Source of the DNA: Basidiobolus meristosporus CBS 931.73
Lineage: Eukaryota > Fungi > Basidiobolomycota
DNA: 64,000 bases
Assembly: GCA_002104905.1 (NCBI GenBank)
Contig: MCFE01000022.1
Location: forward strand, 124,001 to 188,000
Direction: 5' to 3'
The notes beneath the pieces were generated by a model. That model did not search any database and was not told where the DNA came from. It saw only the letters and a list, made by a program, of their open reading frames with translations. This document shows, in pieces, positions 38,067-50,616 of this stretch. The position numbers and the translations under genes were made by a program. Position 1 is the stretch's first letter. Every line of letters begins with the position of its first letter.

Positions 38067-39360
38067 GCTATGACGATCTACTTGCTGGAATATTGAAATG
38101 TAATTTCCTAGAACAAGAAACAACATCAAATTGTTAGAAAAGGCTAAAACATTTTGAAAAACATTACAGGAATCAATCAATTGTCAACAAATTAGGGCCA
38201 CAAAGTAGTATATCTATGCATAACTTTCATTTCAGTAGATAAACACATCGACTGAAAATCAATTAGTTGGAGCCCAATTTATTCCTCCATCAAAAGAATA
38301 AAGCTATATGCAAACTCTGGGTTGCCATTGCCAAGTACAAGTATTGATGGGAAAGCGGGTGCATCCGAACATCCCAGCATTTAATAAGGATTCAATTCTC
38401 TTTCTCAGGAAAAAACCAAACGTATATAACGAAACCGAAACGATAACCTACCAAACGAGAAGTTGCTTGTTACTAGAATACAAAGGACACCTACGGATAA
38501 TGGTGAGAAAGATGAATTGTTATGAGCCGAGTAAAAAAATAAGAAATAGGCCCGTCGTAGCCATTCTAGTAAATCATCTATTTACAAAGAAAAAAACTTA
38601 CTGATGTATTCGCCGATCACATGACTGACCAGCATGAATGCCTCAGGAATTTTTCTTTTTTCTTTTCCTCAGCCAAAGCAAAAAGCTCGTCATCCTTGCT
38701 TGTCACGACTATTGGAGCATAAGTTTACGCATCCATATTGCATTCACAGCGCAATCTGAAACTTCTACTGCATACAATCTCAATGTATGGCTGATACTGA
38801 ATGTCCTCGTAAAGCTGTCGATGAGCTTCAAAACACCTTAAATCATTGATGAAATTGCCAGCAACTCGACATGGCTCGGGCATTAACTTATTAGGTTAGA
38901 GATGCCAAGTCGGGACGTAGCCACACACATATATATATAAGCTTGTGCCATTATTATTATCATCGTAGCTTTTCTCTTTAACTTCATATTAAATCACATC
39001 ACATCAATCAAATTGAACTAATGCTGAACAGGAAACATCATCGACTTTGCTAAAATATCACTAATCAAGGCGCAGTTGTATTAATGTAATGTATACCATA
39101 TGGCTCTATTCTTTTGTGGAAATGCTCAATATCCCTATGGATTTTGTCCAACTTTGCCTCTTATGTTGCCAAATAATTATAAACTTTACCCTTGGTTCTA
39201 CGGAATATTCACTTGTTTGATATTTATTTCTCAATATTTGCTCCATTTTCTAGCATGTGATGGTTGTTTCTATTACTCATACCTCATACCTATCTACTAA
39301 GCTAATTATTGGAATATTGAATATTGATTTACAATAATTCTACAAGATACTGACTAGCTC

Positions 39361-40290
39361 TTAGAAGCCTTGCAAGCTATTGAACTGTTGTAAGAATCTT
39401 GAAGATATTGGAAGTGATTGGGAGAACAAGTATATTATGTGGTTTTTATTTCACAATTTATTGAATGAAAGAGTAATATTTATACTTTTACATGGTCTTT
39501 GTTGTAATTATTAAGTTGTCACCTAAATATTCATGCTAACTTAGTCGCATATATCTTATTCTTTGATTTCTTTTAGGGATTTACTTGGAATATTTTCACC
39601 AAATTATCAGATACCCAGATTATCATCTTTCACAAAGCTGTCCAAAAGCCCCCAAGCTTTGCACACATATTCTTGGGACTTTCCTTAACAAACTCTATAC
39701 GTTCTTTTGCTCTACTTTATCAAAAGTATAAATACCATACTTTTGATCAATAAATCTACAAGTGAATAACATGTAAATCCTCTAGTTCTCCACATCACTT
39801 CCAATACTCCTCAGAATATTTCAACAGTATTGGCAAAAAAACACATTGAATATGCTTGAGAAGATCCCAAAAACATGTACGCAAATTTTGGTGCTGTTTA
39901 GACAACTTTGAGAATTTTCATGTTCTGAGTCCCTGATATATTAGGTGAATATACCCAAAGTAAATCCCAGCAAGGAATTTGGTCAAAATTCTCTAAGATT
40001 TGTAGATAATGATCCAAGATTTTGTCTGTAAGATATAGCAAATTCCTAAAATTAGTGAAGGCCTGGAAGTTGCCAATATTCTCAAAGCTGTTCAAAAGCC
40101 CCCAAGCTTGGTGCACAGCTCCTTAGGACCTTCCTTAATACATTCTTATTGTTGGTTGAACAAAGTTTCCCTATAAATACAAATACTTTGCCATAACTAA
40201 ATACACATCAAGTGAGTAGTATGAAATTCTTTTTGTTCTCTAGATCACTTCCAATACTCCATTAACTCTTGCAGCATGTTGAGTAATAGT
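39361..40290. repeat. AT-rich array of degenerate repeat units in alternating orientation
   Basis: 39634-39659 matches 40084-40109 at 25/26 nt (direct, spacing 450). About 39570-39700 resembles the reverse complement of about 39860-39990. Cross-matches to 1188-1590. Confidence 0.7.
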
Positions 40291-41764
40291 TTATGATGGC
40301 AATATTACTTTTGCTCTCAGAATTATTTAGATTGCTGCCAGATGCAGATGCTTTCTATAATATTTCTGAATGCATTCACTTTATTATAGTTCTAAAGCTT
40401 GACATAAAGAATCAATACCCTACTTGAGCATGATGAGTCAGTTGGTCAATACGTATATAATCAGCTAAGCTAGCACTAATTCATTCATTCCATGTTGGTT
40501 TCTACCTAGCAAGTTCCAGGAGTCTAGAGTACCCTTGAAGTTTAGCTGTTAGATTTCTGTAGACTAGCTGAATTTTGCAGGTCCTGATATTGGAGGTTCA
40601 CCGTGAAACAGCTTATTCCTCACATATGGCCTTGCCATTATGAATATTTCACAAGTTTCCCCAATATATTTGAGTTTCAATTATCTTATTCCAAGGAGAA
40701 CAACAAAGAGCATAGAGTACAAACCAACAAAAGCCTTGAAGTTTAGACCCACAAATGCTATTTGTAATGAGAGATATTGGTAGTAACCTGAATAGATCAT
40801 TTTTCCAAGGGCAGCATACCCCATGCAAGAGCACTTAACATCGTTCAGAGAATATACATATGACAACGTTGATATCCCGTGATCTAAACCATGTGAGGTC
40901 CATCGACTTGAACCATATAGAATGCAGCAGAATTTCCCGTTGAGATTACTATATGTCGGAGCCTTTATTCGACCAGTACTTCCGGGAATATTCCCACTCT
41001 CCGTCGCATTCTCACAATTTTGTTTGCAATCTTTATTTCGCTGGTTCGAACCTATCCGGAGTCGGCAATCATGGGTAATTCTGCTGGGAAACTAGTTCAA
41101 ACCCAGTTAGCCTCCGTCAATTCAGGTTCAATCTCACTTTGCCCGGGAAATACGATCAGACAATGTGTCTTTGCATATTCTTGACGAATTATAGCAAGCA
41201 GCGACCCAACTTCGACGGTTGGCTTGGGCCATGGTGACAGTATATGACAAATCTTCCCATATAGCAGGTATCAGGACCCCTCCAACAAAATGGTGATACT
41301 CTCTGGCAACGATTGGTAGGGGAACCCTTGATAAGATAAAATATCAGTTTGATCTAATCTTTTATCCTAATAAGGTTATCTTATCTGTTATAGATAGACT
41401 ACCTTGACATATCCAATGGATTCGAAGATGCCACGTAAATTATGGGCCAATTGAGACGTTCAACACGCATTGCATCGTTGGGGCTGCATTCCGGCTCAAA
41501 TGCCAGATTTACAACCAATTTCCCCCTCTAAATATCGACTTGGTTGCTGAGAATCGCTGTATTTCCGCCATATGGTTGATAATTAATTCGTCAATTTCCC
41601 GAAACCAGTATCTTATTCGGTACCGCAAGACCAACGAAAAAAATTTAGGCGGCAGGGGTAGGGGCTCGGAAGAAACTATGAATAGTGTTGAATGGCAGAC
41701 CGAACTCCACACTTGCTAATTTATATCTTAAGCTCACGAGCTCTATCATAGCTCTATCACTAGA

Positions 41765-44700
41765 ATGTTGGTGCTCCCAGGAACTGTCGCGCTCTCCGAC
41801 TTCAAGAGTGCCGTGCTCTTGCGCCAAATCCAAGAGGAACTCCCTCAGGTCTCCTCGGTTGCCTCCTGCTTTGTCCATTTCGTGGAGAATGCCGACCAGG
41901 AGTCTTATGAATTGTTAAGCGACGTCAACAGCAGCGAGAGAAAGATATTGGATAGTTTGTTGTTCTACGGCCCCAGAAACCACACTTCCACTGAGCAAGA
42001 CGTCAGGCTTGTCAAGGCCTTATCCTCGAACGAGCCCGCCACCAATTTGTTGCTTGTTCTCCCAAGACCCGGAACCATATCCCCTTGGTCCTCCAAAGCC
42101 ACCAACATCGCGCATATGTGTAACCTAGAGACCAGAGTCAAGCGTATCGAGCGTGGTGTTGCATATCTACTTGGAGGTCCCTCACTGTCTACCAGCGATA
42201 TCGTTAAAATCTCCGATCTCATTCACGACAGAATGACCCAAACCATCGGCTGTAGCATCCCCGAGGAAACCTCCATTTTCAAGCAAGGCCAACCCGCCCA
42301 ACTTAGAATTGTCGAGCTCATCGGCCAGGAGCGTGATAGCGTTGCTGCCAAAGAAAAGCTGGTGAAAGCCAACACCGAGCTTGGCCTCGCCTTGGCTGCC
42401 GACGAAATCAACTATCTGGTTGATGCTTTCGTTGGGGACGAGCTGTCACGTAATCCCACCGATGTGGAGCTTTTCATGTTTGCCCAAGTGAATTCCGAGC
42501 ATTGCAGACACAAGATCTTCAACGCGGAGTGGACCATTGACGGGGAGAAACGCGAGCACTCGTTGTTTTCCATGATTCGTAACACCTATAAGAAGCATCC
42601 CGAGCACGTGATCTCCGCGTATTCGGATAACGCAGCTGTTCTTGCTGGACCTAAGGTCAACCGCTTCGCCGCCTACGCCGAAAACCAATACGGCACTGTT
42701 GAGGAGGAAGTCAACCTTGTGTGCAAAGTCGAGACCCACAACCATCCAACCGCGGTCTCACCATTTCCCGGAGCCGCCACTGGCTCGGGTGGTGAAATCC
42801 GTGATGAAGGCGCGGTAGGAAAGGGATCCAAGCCCAAGTGCGGGCTGACTGGCTTTAGCGTATCCAATCTGCTGATCCCCGACTTTGTCCAGCCTTGGGA
42901 ATCTGACGTAGGCAAGCCGTCTCACGTGGCATCCGCTCTGGACATCATGATCCAAGGTCCTTTGGGAGGTGCCGCCTTCAACAACGAGTTCGGTCGTCCA
43001 AACCTTACAGGCTACTTCCGTACTTTCTGCGAAAAGGTTCAATGCACTAATGGTGAAGAGGAGGTTCGTGGGTACCATAAGCCCATCATGATTGCTGGAG
43101 GTATGGGTAACGTACGTCCTGCTCATCAACTGAAAACATCCATCCACCCTGGGGCCAAATTGATTGTTCTCGGTGGACCATCAATGCTTATAGGGCTTGG
43201 CGGTGGAGCAGCTTCTTCGATGACCTCGGGCTCCAGCTCTGCTGAGCTAGATTTCGCCTCTGTCCAACGTGATAATCCAGAAATGCAAAGACGCTGCCAA
43301 CAAGTAATTGATACATGCACATCCTATGGCGAACAGAATCCCATCGAGTCCATCCACGATGTTGGTGCTGGTGGTCTTTCCAATGCTCTGCCGGAGATTG
43401 TTCATGATAGTGATTTAGGTGCCGTTGTCCATCTGAGAAGTATCCTTGTTGACGATCCCAGCATGTCACCAATGGAGATCTGGTGTAATGAATCTCAAGA
43501 GAGATACGTACTTGCCGTTTCCGCCGATAGATTATCCGCCTTCGAAGAGATTGCCAAGCGTGAACGTTGTCCTTTCGCCGTCGTAGGTGAGGCTACTGAA
43601 GAAAAGAAGTTTGTCCTGGTCGACTCGCTTCTTGGCAATACTCCCATCGATCTGCCCATGTCGATTCTCTTCGGCAAAGCTCCCAAGATGACACGTAAAA
43701 CCGAGACCGTGAAGCCTGCTCGTATTAAGTTTGATACCTCCTTGGCCTCGTACCTGCCTGCGTCTGTAGGGTTCGAATCAATGCTAGCGGACGCCGCAAC
43801 TCGTATTCTTCATCTCCCCTCCGTTGCCAGCAAGTCCTTCCTGATTACTATTGGTGATCGCTCAGTAAGCGGGCTGGTTACTAGAGATCAGTATGTTGGG
43901 CCTTGGCAGGTCCCTGTTGCCGATGTTGCCGTCACTTCCACATCCTATGATACGTTGACCGGTGAGGCAATGGCCATGGGTGAGCGTACACCACTGGCAT
44001 TGATCGATTTCGTTGCATCTGCTAAGATGGCTGTCGGTGAGACGATCACCAACTTGGTCGCTGCCAACATAGATGATATCGGGAAGATTCGACTCTCTGC
44101 TAATTGGATGAGTGCTGCTGGCCATGAAGGTGAGGGAGCCGGATTGTATGCTGCTGTTGAGGCAATTGGTCTTGATCTATGCCCCAAACTCGGCATCAGC
44201 ATTCCTGTTGGTAAAGATTCCATGTCCATGAAGATGACCTGGCGCGAGAACGAGAAGCAGACCACCGTGACTGCTCCTCTCTCACTTATCATCACCGGAT
44301 TCGCTACCGTAGCAGATGTCAGAAAAACTCTCACTCCTCAGCTTCGCACTGACGTAGGACGCAGTAAACTTGTCTTTATCGATCTTGCGAATGGTGAACA
44401 GCGTATGGGAGGATCTGCCCTTGCTCAAGTATACAAGCAAATCGGCGATGAGGCACCCAATGTTGAGAGCCCTGAACTTCTGATTTCCTTCTTCAAGGGG
44501 ATGCAATCAGCCCGTAGCGATGAGCATAAGAACTTGGTGCTCGCATATCACGATAGATCTGATGGTGGCTTGTTTGCTACTGTGGTCGAAATGTGCTTCG
44601 CTGGCCATACCGGTGCTTCCGTGCAAATTTCTCCCTTAGGAGCCGACCCCGTAGCCATTCTCTTCAACGAGGAGCTCGGTGGAGTTGTCCAAATCCAAGA

Positions 44701-45817
44701 CGAGCGCGTCGACGAATTCGTGAGAACCATGGAAGAAGCTGGTTTCCCTGCTTCGAACCTTCATGTTATCGGTACCGTAAACGAGAACGGCGGGGATAGA
44801 ATCACGTTCTCTCACTTGAGCCAGGTTCTGTTGTCGGCTCCTCGCGTCGAATATCAACGCCAATGGGCTGAAACCTCCTACCGTATGCAAGCATTGCGTG
44901 ACAACTCCGAATGCGCCAAACAAGAGTATGACAACATCCTGGATGAAAAGGATCCCGGACATTCGTTCAACTTGACATTCGATCCTCAAGAGAATATCAC
45001 AACCTCCCTTGTCAAGTCCCTGGATTACCGTCCCAAGGTTGCTATCCTTCGTGAACAAGGAGTCAACGGTCATATCGAAATGGCTTACGCATTCCACAAG
45101 GCTGGGTTCACAGCCGTTGATGTGCACATGAGCGACCTTCTGACCGGTAAGGTCACTCTCGAGGACTTCAAGGGAATTGCCGCATGTGGAGGATTCTCGT
45201 ATGGTGATGTGTTGGGCGCCGGTGCCGGTTGGTCTAAATCCATTCTTCTCCACTCCAGAGCTCGCCACGAGTTCGAGAACTTCTTCCAAAAGCGACAGGA
45301 TACTTTCGCCCTTGGTGTCTGCAACGGTTGTCAGTTCTTCTCCAACCTTCGGGAGATCATTCCAGGTGCACAGAACTGGCCATATTTCGTTAGAAACCAA
45401 TCCGAACAATTCGAAGCACGTGTTTGCATGGTTGAGGTCGTCGAAAATGATAAGACCAAGTGCGTGTTTTTCCAAGGTATGGAGGGATCCAAATTCCCCA
45501 TCTCCGTCGCCCACGGAGAAGGTCGGGCCGAATTCGTCAAATCTGACGACTTGGACGTCATACACGAACAGCAGCTTGTTGCCGTGCGTTATGTCGACAA
45601 CTATGGCAAGGTGACGGAGCGCTACCCATTAAATCCCAATGGTAGTCCCTTGGGTGTCACTGGAGTCACCACACCCAATGGTCGTGTGTTAGCGATGATG
45701 CCCCATCCGGAAAGAGTGATCCGCAAGTCCACACATTCCTGGTATCCACAGGACTTTGCCAGTGATGAAGGACCTTGGTTGAGAATGTTTAGAAATGCCA
45801 GATGCTGGGTTGGTTAA
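41765..45817 (+). CDS. ADE6: Phosphoribosylformylglycinamidine synthase (large fused PurL type), intronless, 1350 aa
   Basis: [64 protein letters not shown] (glutaminase Cys) and MMPHPER. Confidence 0.98.
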   Translation: MLVLPGTVALSDFKSAVLLRQIQEELPQVSSVASCFVHFVENADQESYELLSDVNSSERKILDSLLFYGPRNHTSTEQDVRLVKALSSNEPATNLLLVLPRPGTISPWSSKATNIAHMCNLETRVKRIERGVAYLLGGPSLSTSDIVKISDLIHDRMTQTIGCSIPEETSIFKQGQPAQLRIVELIGQERDSVAAKEKLVKANTELGLALAADEINYLVDAFVGDELSRNPTDVELFMFAQVNSEHCRHKIFNAEWTIDGEKREHSLFSMIRNTYKKHPEHVISAYSDNAAVLAGPKVNRFAAYAENQYGTVEEEVNLVCKVETHNHPTAVSPFPGAATGSGGEIRDEGAVGKGSKPKCGLTGFSVSNLLIPDFVQPWESDVGKPSHVASALDIMIQGPLGGAAFNNEFGRPNLTGYFRTFCEKVQCTNGEEEVRGYHKPIMIAGGMGNVRPAHQLKTSIHPGAKLIVLGGPSMLIGLGGGAASSMTSGSSSAELDFASVQRDNPEMQRRCQQVIDTCTSYGEQNPIESIHDVGAGGLSNALPEIVHDSDLGAVVHLRSILVDDPSMSPMEIWCNESQERYVLAVSADRLSAFEEIAKRERCPFAVVGEATEEKKFVLVDSLLGNTPIDLPMSILFGKAPKMTRKTETVKPARIKFDTSLASYLPASVGFESMLADAATRILHLPSVASKSFLITIGDRSVSGLVTRDQYVGPWQVPVADVAVTSTSYDTLTGEAMAMGERTPLALIDFVASAKMAVGETITNLVAANIDDIGKIRLSANWMSAAGHEGEGAGLYAAVEAIGLDLCPKLGISIPVGKDSMSMKMTWRENEKQTTVTAPLSLIITGFATVADVRKTLTPQLRTDVGRSKLVFIDLANGEQRMGGSALAQVYKQIGDEAPNVESPELLISFFKGMQSARSDEHKNLVLAYHDRSDGGLFATVVEMCFAGHTGASVQISPLGADPVAILFNEELGGVVQIQDERVDEFVRTMEEAGFPASNLHVIGTVNENGGDRITFSHLSQVLLSAPRVEYQRQWAETSYRMQALRDNSECAKQEYDNILDEKDPGHSFNLTFDPQENITTSLVKSLDYRPKVAILREQGVNGHIEMAYAFHKAGFTAVDVHMSDLLTGKVTLEDFKGIAACGGFSYGDVLGAGAGWSKSILLHSRARHEFENFFQKRQDTFALGVCNGCQFFSNLREIIPGAQNWPYFVRNQSEQFEARVCMVEVVENDKTKCVFFQGMEGSKFPISVAHGEGRAEFVKSDDLDVIHEQQLVAVRYVDNYGKVTERYPLNPNGSPLGVTGVTTPNGRVLAMMPHPERVIRKSTHSWYPQDFASDEGPWLRMFRNARCWVG

Positions 45818-47137
45818 GCGCCAGCAGCACAGCATCCCCCCGCTTTTAGAAAAACGAAATTTGTAAATCCCGATTCTTCCATCTTTGCAACAATCCACGG
45901 TTTTGTGACTGTTCATATCAACACAATTTAGGCCATCCCATGCAGCATTCTTAGCATAAAAATTCAGTAATAAATAATCCATACGTAATGTATTCAACTG
46001 ACCCATTGGATAGAGGACCCATAGAACGGGATGGCTGCGTTCCCGTGTCTCACCGAACTCTACCACAGTCTAGGAGCTCAAGACGGAAAGTGAGAAGAGC
46101 TAATGTTAAATTGGAACCATCAAACTTGTTATTCGTCGACATCATTCCCACTCTTATGGCTATCCTGGATGCCAATTTTTATTCGTCAAATGGGCTCTGA
46201 AACAAATTGCAATATAGGTGACATATATGGTTACCTATGTAAATGCTAGCAACTGTCACTTAAGACAAAACCTTAACTTGAGCCGAGAAATTACCAGAAA
46301 TAGTAGGGGATTCGCATAATAGGCATTTGCAATCGGAGCGACTGGGAATTCGAAGGGCATGGTAAATACGGAAATTCCACGGAAAAATTGAGTAAAAAGA
46401 GATAGATTTAAGTAAACAGGTCGTGGAGGATGGAATTAGCATTATTATGCTCCACAACCACGCTCACCTAGATTGATGACGGGGATTTGTCACAGTAAGA
46501 TACAACGGGCATACATTGCCTTGGTTGCTCGGAGCGTAGGCTGGATTGGGGACGAAAGCTGGTTGTGATATCATGTTTGCATATTGCCCAGATAGGTGTA
46601 TTGGGTGGATTAGTGGATTGGTGGGTTGGTGTAAACTCCACTATTAATATTTTCTCCTTTTCGAGCCGAGGCTTTTCTACAATCGGACTCTATTACTTTA
46701 TAAATATTAGAATCATCTCGATCTCCTCGCTTGGATATTAGAGTTGACAGTGGTTGATTTGGTTGGTTGAGGCTGATCATGGATTCGGTAGAATATAAAC
46801 TAACCACTGCTTCCAGAGTTTGTATTCCTCAACATCTATTTGTTCTTTCCTTTGAGGTATTGCATACCCAAGCGTCCTTTTTAACCATTCCTGAGCCACG
46901 AACGCACAAGATACGAAGGTGTACAGTAAAGTATAAATAGCAATGCTCATCTTCGAAAGTTTCTTTGCCAATTGGTGTATTAATACGATGCGTGGACTTC
47001 TAGTTTCGTATAAGGAAAGGTGCCGTCTTATTAAGTAGCTATCTCCCATTTTCCAGAAATCTACCTTCACAGAACTCTCCTGTATAGAGGAATACCTTAC
47101 AAAGAGTCAAGCGCATTAAGCAAGCAAGAAAAAGTCC

Positions 47138-47968
47138 ATGAAATCAACCAACACTGAGATAACCGATTCATATATGTATACCAAACACGAAGCCTCCCAT
47201 GGACCGCTGTCCGACCATTTGTACTTTCACAGCAGCCTGCCTAAACCCAACGATAGATTTGAGAAAGCACCTCCCTTTCTATCGACCGAGAGGATTTCCC
47301 CCAGCTTTGGATTGGCCCGCGATGGCATGGGTATCATCATTCATGCATCAAAAGAGGCTTCAAAAAATGAAGCCCAGCGCCCATCATATGACCATGGTCT
47401 GCGAAACATGGTGGCAATGGGAAGTTCTAGAGCGATAAGCGTATCCGATGATTCCGAAGAATCCTCCTCTAATGAGGACGACTCACCATCGCCCTTTGAC
47501 ATCAATTTTCTTCTCAATCCAGATCCATACCAATGCCCGGATGTCCGCCGCGGAAAAGCCTCTAGGCAATCCACCATTCACACACCAGCGACTTCTCTTA
47601 AACCCCCCTCGATCAAAGCAACCGCAACTGTAGCCGTGACAGCGACAGCGACCGAATCTTGCGAATTTCAGAAACTCAAGTTCGTCCATTTCCCAAACTC
47701 TCTGAACCCACCTGTTGAAGACAAGGGGTACCGGTGTGACGTGTGCAGGCGAGAATTCCAAAGGCCAAGCACCTTGCGAACTCACATGTACTCCCACACC
47801 GGTGAGAAACCGTTCATCTGCACATTCGAGGGTTGTAGCAAGCGGTTCTCGGTGGAGTCCAACATGAGAAGGCACCTAAGACTACACTTCGCCTCCAGTC
47901 GTCCGGCGAAACACTCCCGAAGGCGAAAAACATGGGTTCATACATTTACGCACCACTTCAACCTGTAG
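47138..47968 (+). CDS. C2H2 zinc-finger transcription factor (two C-terminal fingers)
   Basis: YRCDVCRREFQRPSTLRTHMYSH-TGEKP-FICTFEGCSKRFSVESNMRRHLRLH. Confidence 0.92.
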   Translation: MKSTNTEITDSYMYTKHEASHGPLSDHLYFHSSLPKPNDRFEKAPPFLSTERISPSFGLARDGMGIIIHASKEASKNEAQRPSYDHGLRNMVAMGSSRAISVSDDSEESSSNEDDSPSPFDINFLLNPDPYQCPDVRRGKASRQSTIHTPATSLKPPSIKATATVAVTATATESCEFQKLKFVHFPNSLNPPVEDKGYRCDVCRREFQRPSTLRTHMYSHTGEKPFICTFEGCSKRFSVESNMRRHLRLHFASSRPAKHSRRRKTWVHTFTHHFNL

Positions 47969-49237
47969 TCGGCCCCTCCCCTTAGTAACCGCCAGTATAT
48001 TACTTGATTCCTATCATGGCTGCCTCGTTGGGGGCTGTAGTGATCCTGATGTCCGGATCTGTTTTTGTATTCGCTGTTGATCACATTAAAGTAAATGTTG
48101 ATAGAATGCGGCGATGGTGTGGGTTTTCTTGTTTGGGGTGCGGATCTATCAATCAGAGGCGTGGAATAGTTCGTGGGAGCTGGCCTGACTTGATGCGTGG
48201 AAACGGATAATGGCACTTCCTTCGTTTGATGGGTTGATTGGTTATGTGCATGTGAACTGCCGTCAGCCCGGCCTCCCAAAATATTTGAAATCGAACCAGT
48301 GCTAGACTTGTTGGTGTTGGCATGGACTACAATTTACTGTATGCAAGATGATTACTTGCAAGTGATACATCATTTATACCCGCTGGCAGAACACATGTGA
48401 TAGCTACTTTGGAAAAGATGCCTTGAATATATCTTCTACTCCAGGTCTACCTTTGCTCATTATGACTCACTTGTGAGGCGTGGTACAATCCCAATGTCGT
48501 ACCATATATTCATCGCTCGCACTTCAAGAGCAAGCTACTACGTCCTAGCACCTGTGTGTGCTCAGTGGTAAGCACTCTTTTTCCACTTGGGCTCTAAGTA
48601 GGTGTTGGAAAGACATTGCGCTGAAGCGAGTTCAGAACCTTAATCAACATTACCTTCGGCAACACCAGCAATGCAATCCCAAGGATACTTCCTGTATGTC
48701 TCTAAATGGTAATTTGGGTGTGATTATCCTCTCACTTTTATGGGCAGAAATGAATCATTCTAGCAATAGCGGCGTGTCCCATAGCATTCTACTACATTTG
48801 GGCAGGGCGATATATATATGGGAAAAATCCTATCTACACGCAAATTTCCATACTGGATAGGCCGTCAGATTTACAATCAAGCATCTAGAACCATTAAAAG
48901 GTAGTCCGATTCATCGTGCTGAAGTATCACTTTCTAAACCAGGTAGATATCTCAGAGAGACTTGTCTGAAATGATGTGCCACCTTAAACCTGAGTAATAC
49001 AGTAAGTAGGTTGAGACTATGGGGCGTGTCCACAGTGTTCAGAATCACTGGGCAAATACAGAAACGGTAGACATTGTATTTCAAGTAAGAAGCCTTCGAG
49101 TGGCAAATCAAACAAGCATATGCGACATGAAATCGGCATCAAAAGCGGCAAGAACCAACAGAATCTATTTCTGGTTAGGCTTGGATATTAATTTATTAGA
49201 AATGGGCAGGGAGCCATGTAAATATACACAGAGGGTG

Positions 49238-49795
49238 CTAGTACTGAAATCGGAGTCGCTCTTCATCCGTCATTTGCTGCCACAGATTGGCAATTAGACG
49301 TGATGCCGGCTCCCCGAATATGTTACATTTCGAAAGTTCGTCCATCTTGAGCGAACGATAGTTGGAGTAAGCAGTGTGCCACAAGGAGGGGTCTTGGCTG
49401 TACTCTCCACTCTCCAGGCCAAACATGTACTTTTTGTGATTTGACGGCACGGAGTTGATACCTGGATCGGGGAGGGTGCTTTTGGTGGCGGGAAGGTAGG
49501 CACGAATATGGTGGCTCGTATTCTTTGCACGAGTAGATTCTTCTCTTTGAACGAGAAGGACACGATAGCCCTTTGGTACCAAGTAGTAGGAGCCTTTTAC
49601 CGTTTCCGATGAGCAATTTCCGGGGAAGGGGGATATCTGGAAAGGAATGGTACGTTTGTCACTCTCGCATCCCGTCGCCATGGTTTGTATATTGGAGCAG
49701 CTTGGAAGCACATGAGATGGAGTATATATAGAGCAGTAGTGATGATTCAACACATCAGGGTATGGCGTGTTATTGGCCCCTCCCAGTATTCGCAT
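49238..49795 (-). CDS. Protein with a divergent C-terminal HMG-box-like domain
   Basis: TAYSNYRSLKMDELSKCNIFGEPASRLIANLWQQMTDEERLRF follows the HMG-box pattern (NAF/Y..YR....E....N......S..I...W..L/M..EE+..F/Y). The true start is uncertain. Confidence 0.55.
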   Translation of the reverse strand: MRILGGANNTPYPDVLNHHYCSIYTPSHVLPSCSNIQTMATGCESDKRTIPFQISPFPGNCSSETVKGSYYLVPKGYRVLLVQREESTRAKNTSHHIRAYLPATKSTLPDPGINSVPSNHKKYMFGLESGEYSQDPSLWHTAYSNYRSLKMDELSKCNIFGEPASRLIANLWQQMTDEERLRFQY

Positions 49796-50461
49796 TGAAC
49801 CCGGTGCATCATCTTGGAGTTGATTTCGTTGTGATTTGTAGAGTGTTTTGATGCAGTGCTTGGTGTGGCGATTCTAGTTTCAAGAAAAATATGCTTTCCA
49901 ACGCTGGCTGTGAAAGCCCAGGTTTCAGGGTGTTCATGGTGTATGGCATGGATGTAGCTCAGTCAACTAGTTTTCCATGGAGGCCCAGGGACGGTCACAG
50001 TGAGTCCATGTGTATACGTTGCACTGAATCGGAGAGGAATATTGCTGCCAAAGGCATGGACGATGTAGTCATTTTCTTCACGCTTACATACTAGACCTTA
50101 GTACTCAGTGTTCCAGGATTCCAGGAGTCGGGTGTTAGGTAATGCATGAACGATGTGGGATGATTAGAAAACAGATCAGAAAATTGACGCATTTGATGGG
50201 AAAATCCTGTCTGCCCATGTGATCTATCCCACAAAACCTGCTCTTTTACTACATATATATCGAGGCCGCAACAGCTGACCCCCATGCTTAGTTGACCCTC
50301 ACAAATATCAAGTCACAATGTTTAGTTGATCAATTTCCAGGGTTGCGGGCGATATGCATGAGGCGTGGTTATGATGCACATCGTCAACGATGAGCAACAT
50401 GTATTTGGCATACTAGTGCAGACAGGTGAGTCGAAACTGCAGCAAATCTGGGATCTCCATC

Positions 50462-50468
50462 TATAAAA
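50462..50468 (+). promoter_or_regulatory. Probable TATA box of Gly-rich protein 1
   Basis: TATAAAA about 150 nt upstream of ATG 50617. The paralog has TATAAAA at 52545-52551. Confidence 0.5.
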
Positions 50469-50616
50469 GCAGCTGGTTGCCGCCTTCATCAACATCATCA
50501 ATACAACAAAGAAATCCTAAGCAGAGTTCTGGAATTTGATTGACGCTCATTGAACTTTTTCTCAAAACAAATACCCTCTATATCCAATCCGATTCGATCA
50601 ATATAAAGTATCAACA

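Noticed and set aside
41035-41065. GGTTCGAACC, resembling a tRNA T-loop/B-box
   Set aside because: No cloverleaf stems could be formed around it.
40681-41095. Stop-free minus-strand frame of about 135 codons with a hydrophobic end
   Set aside because: No upstream ATG and no recognisable homology; it lies in decayed DNA.
41965-45614. Many antisense and off-frame ORFs within ADE6 (e.g. 44636-45565, 309 aa)
   Set aside because: Shadow ORFs expected from codon bias in a long CDS; no motifs. The same applies to ORFs overlapping PMA1, LOS1 and AUR1.
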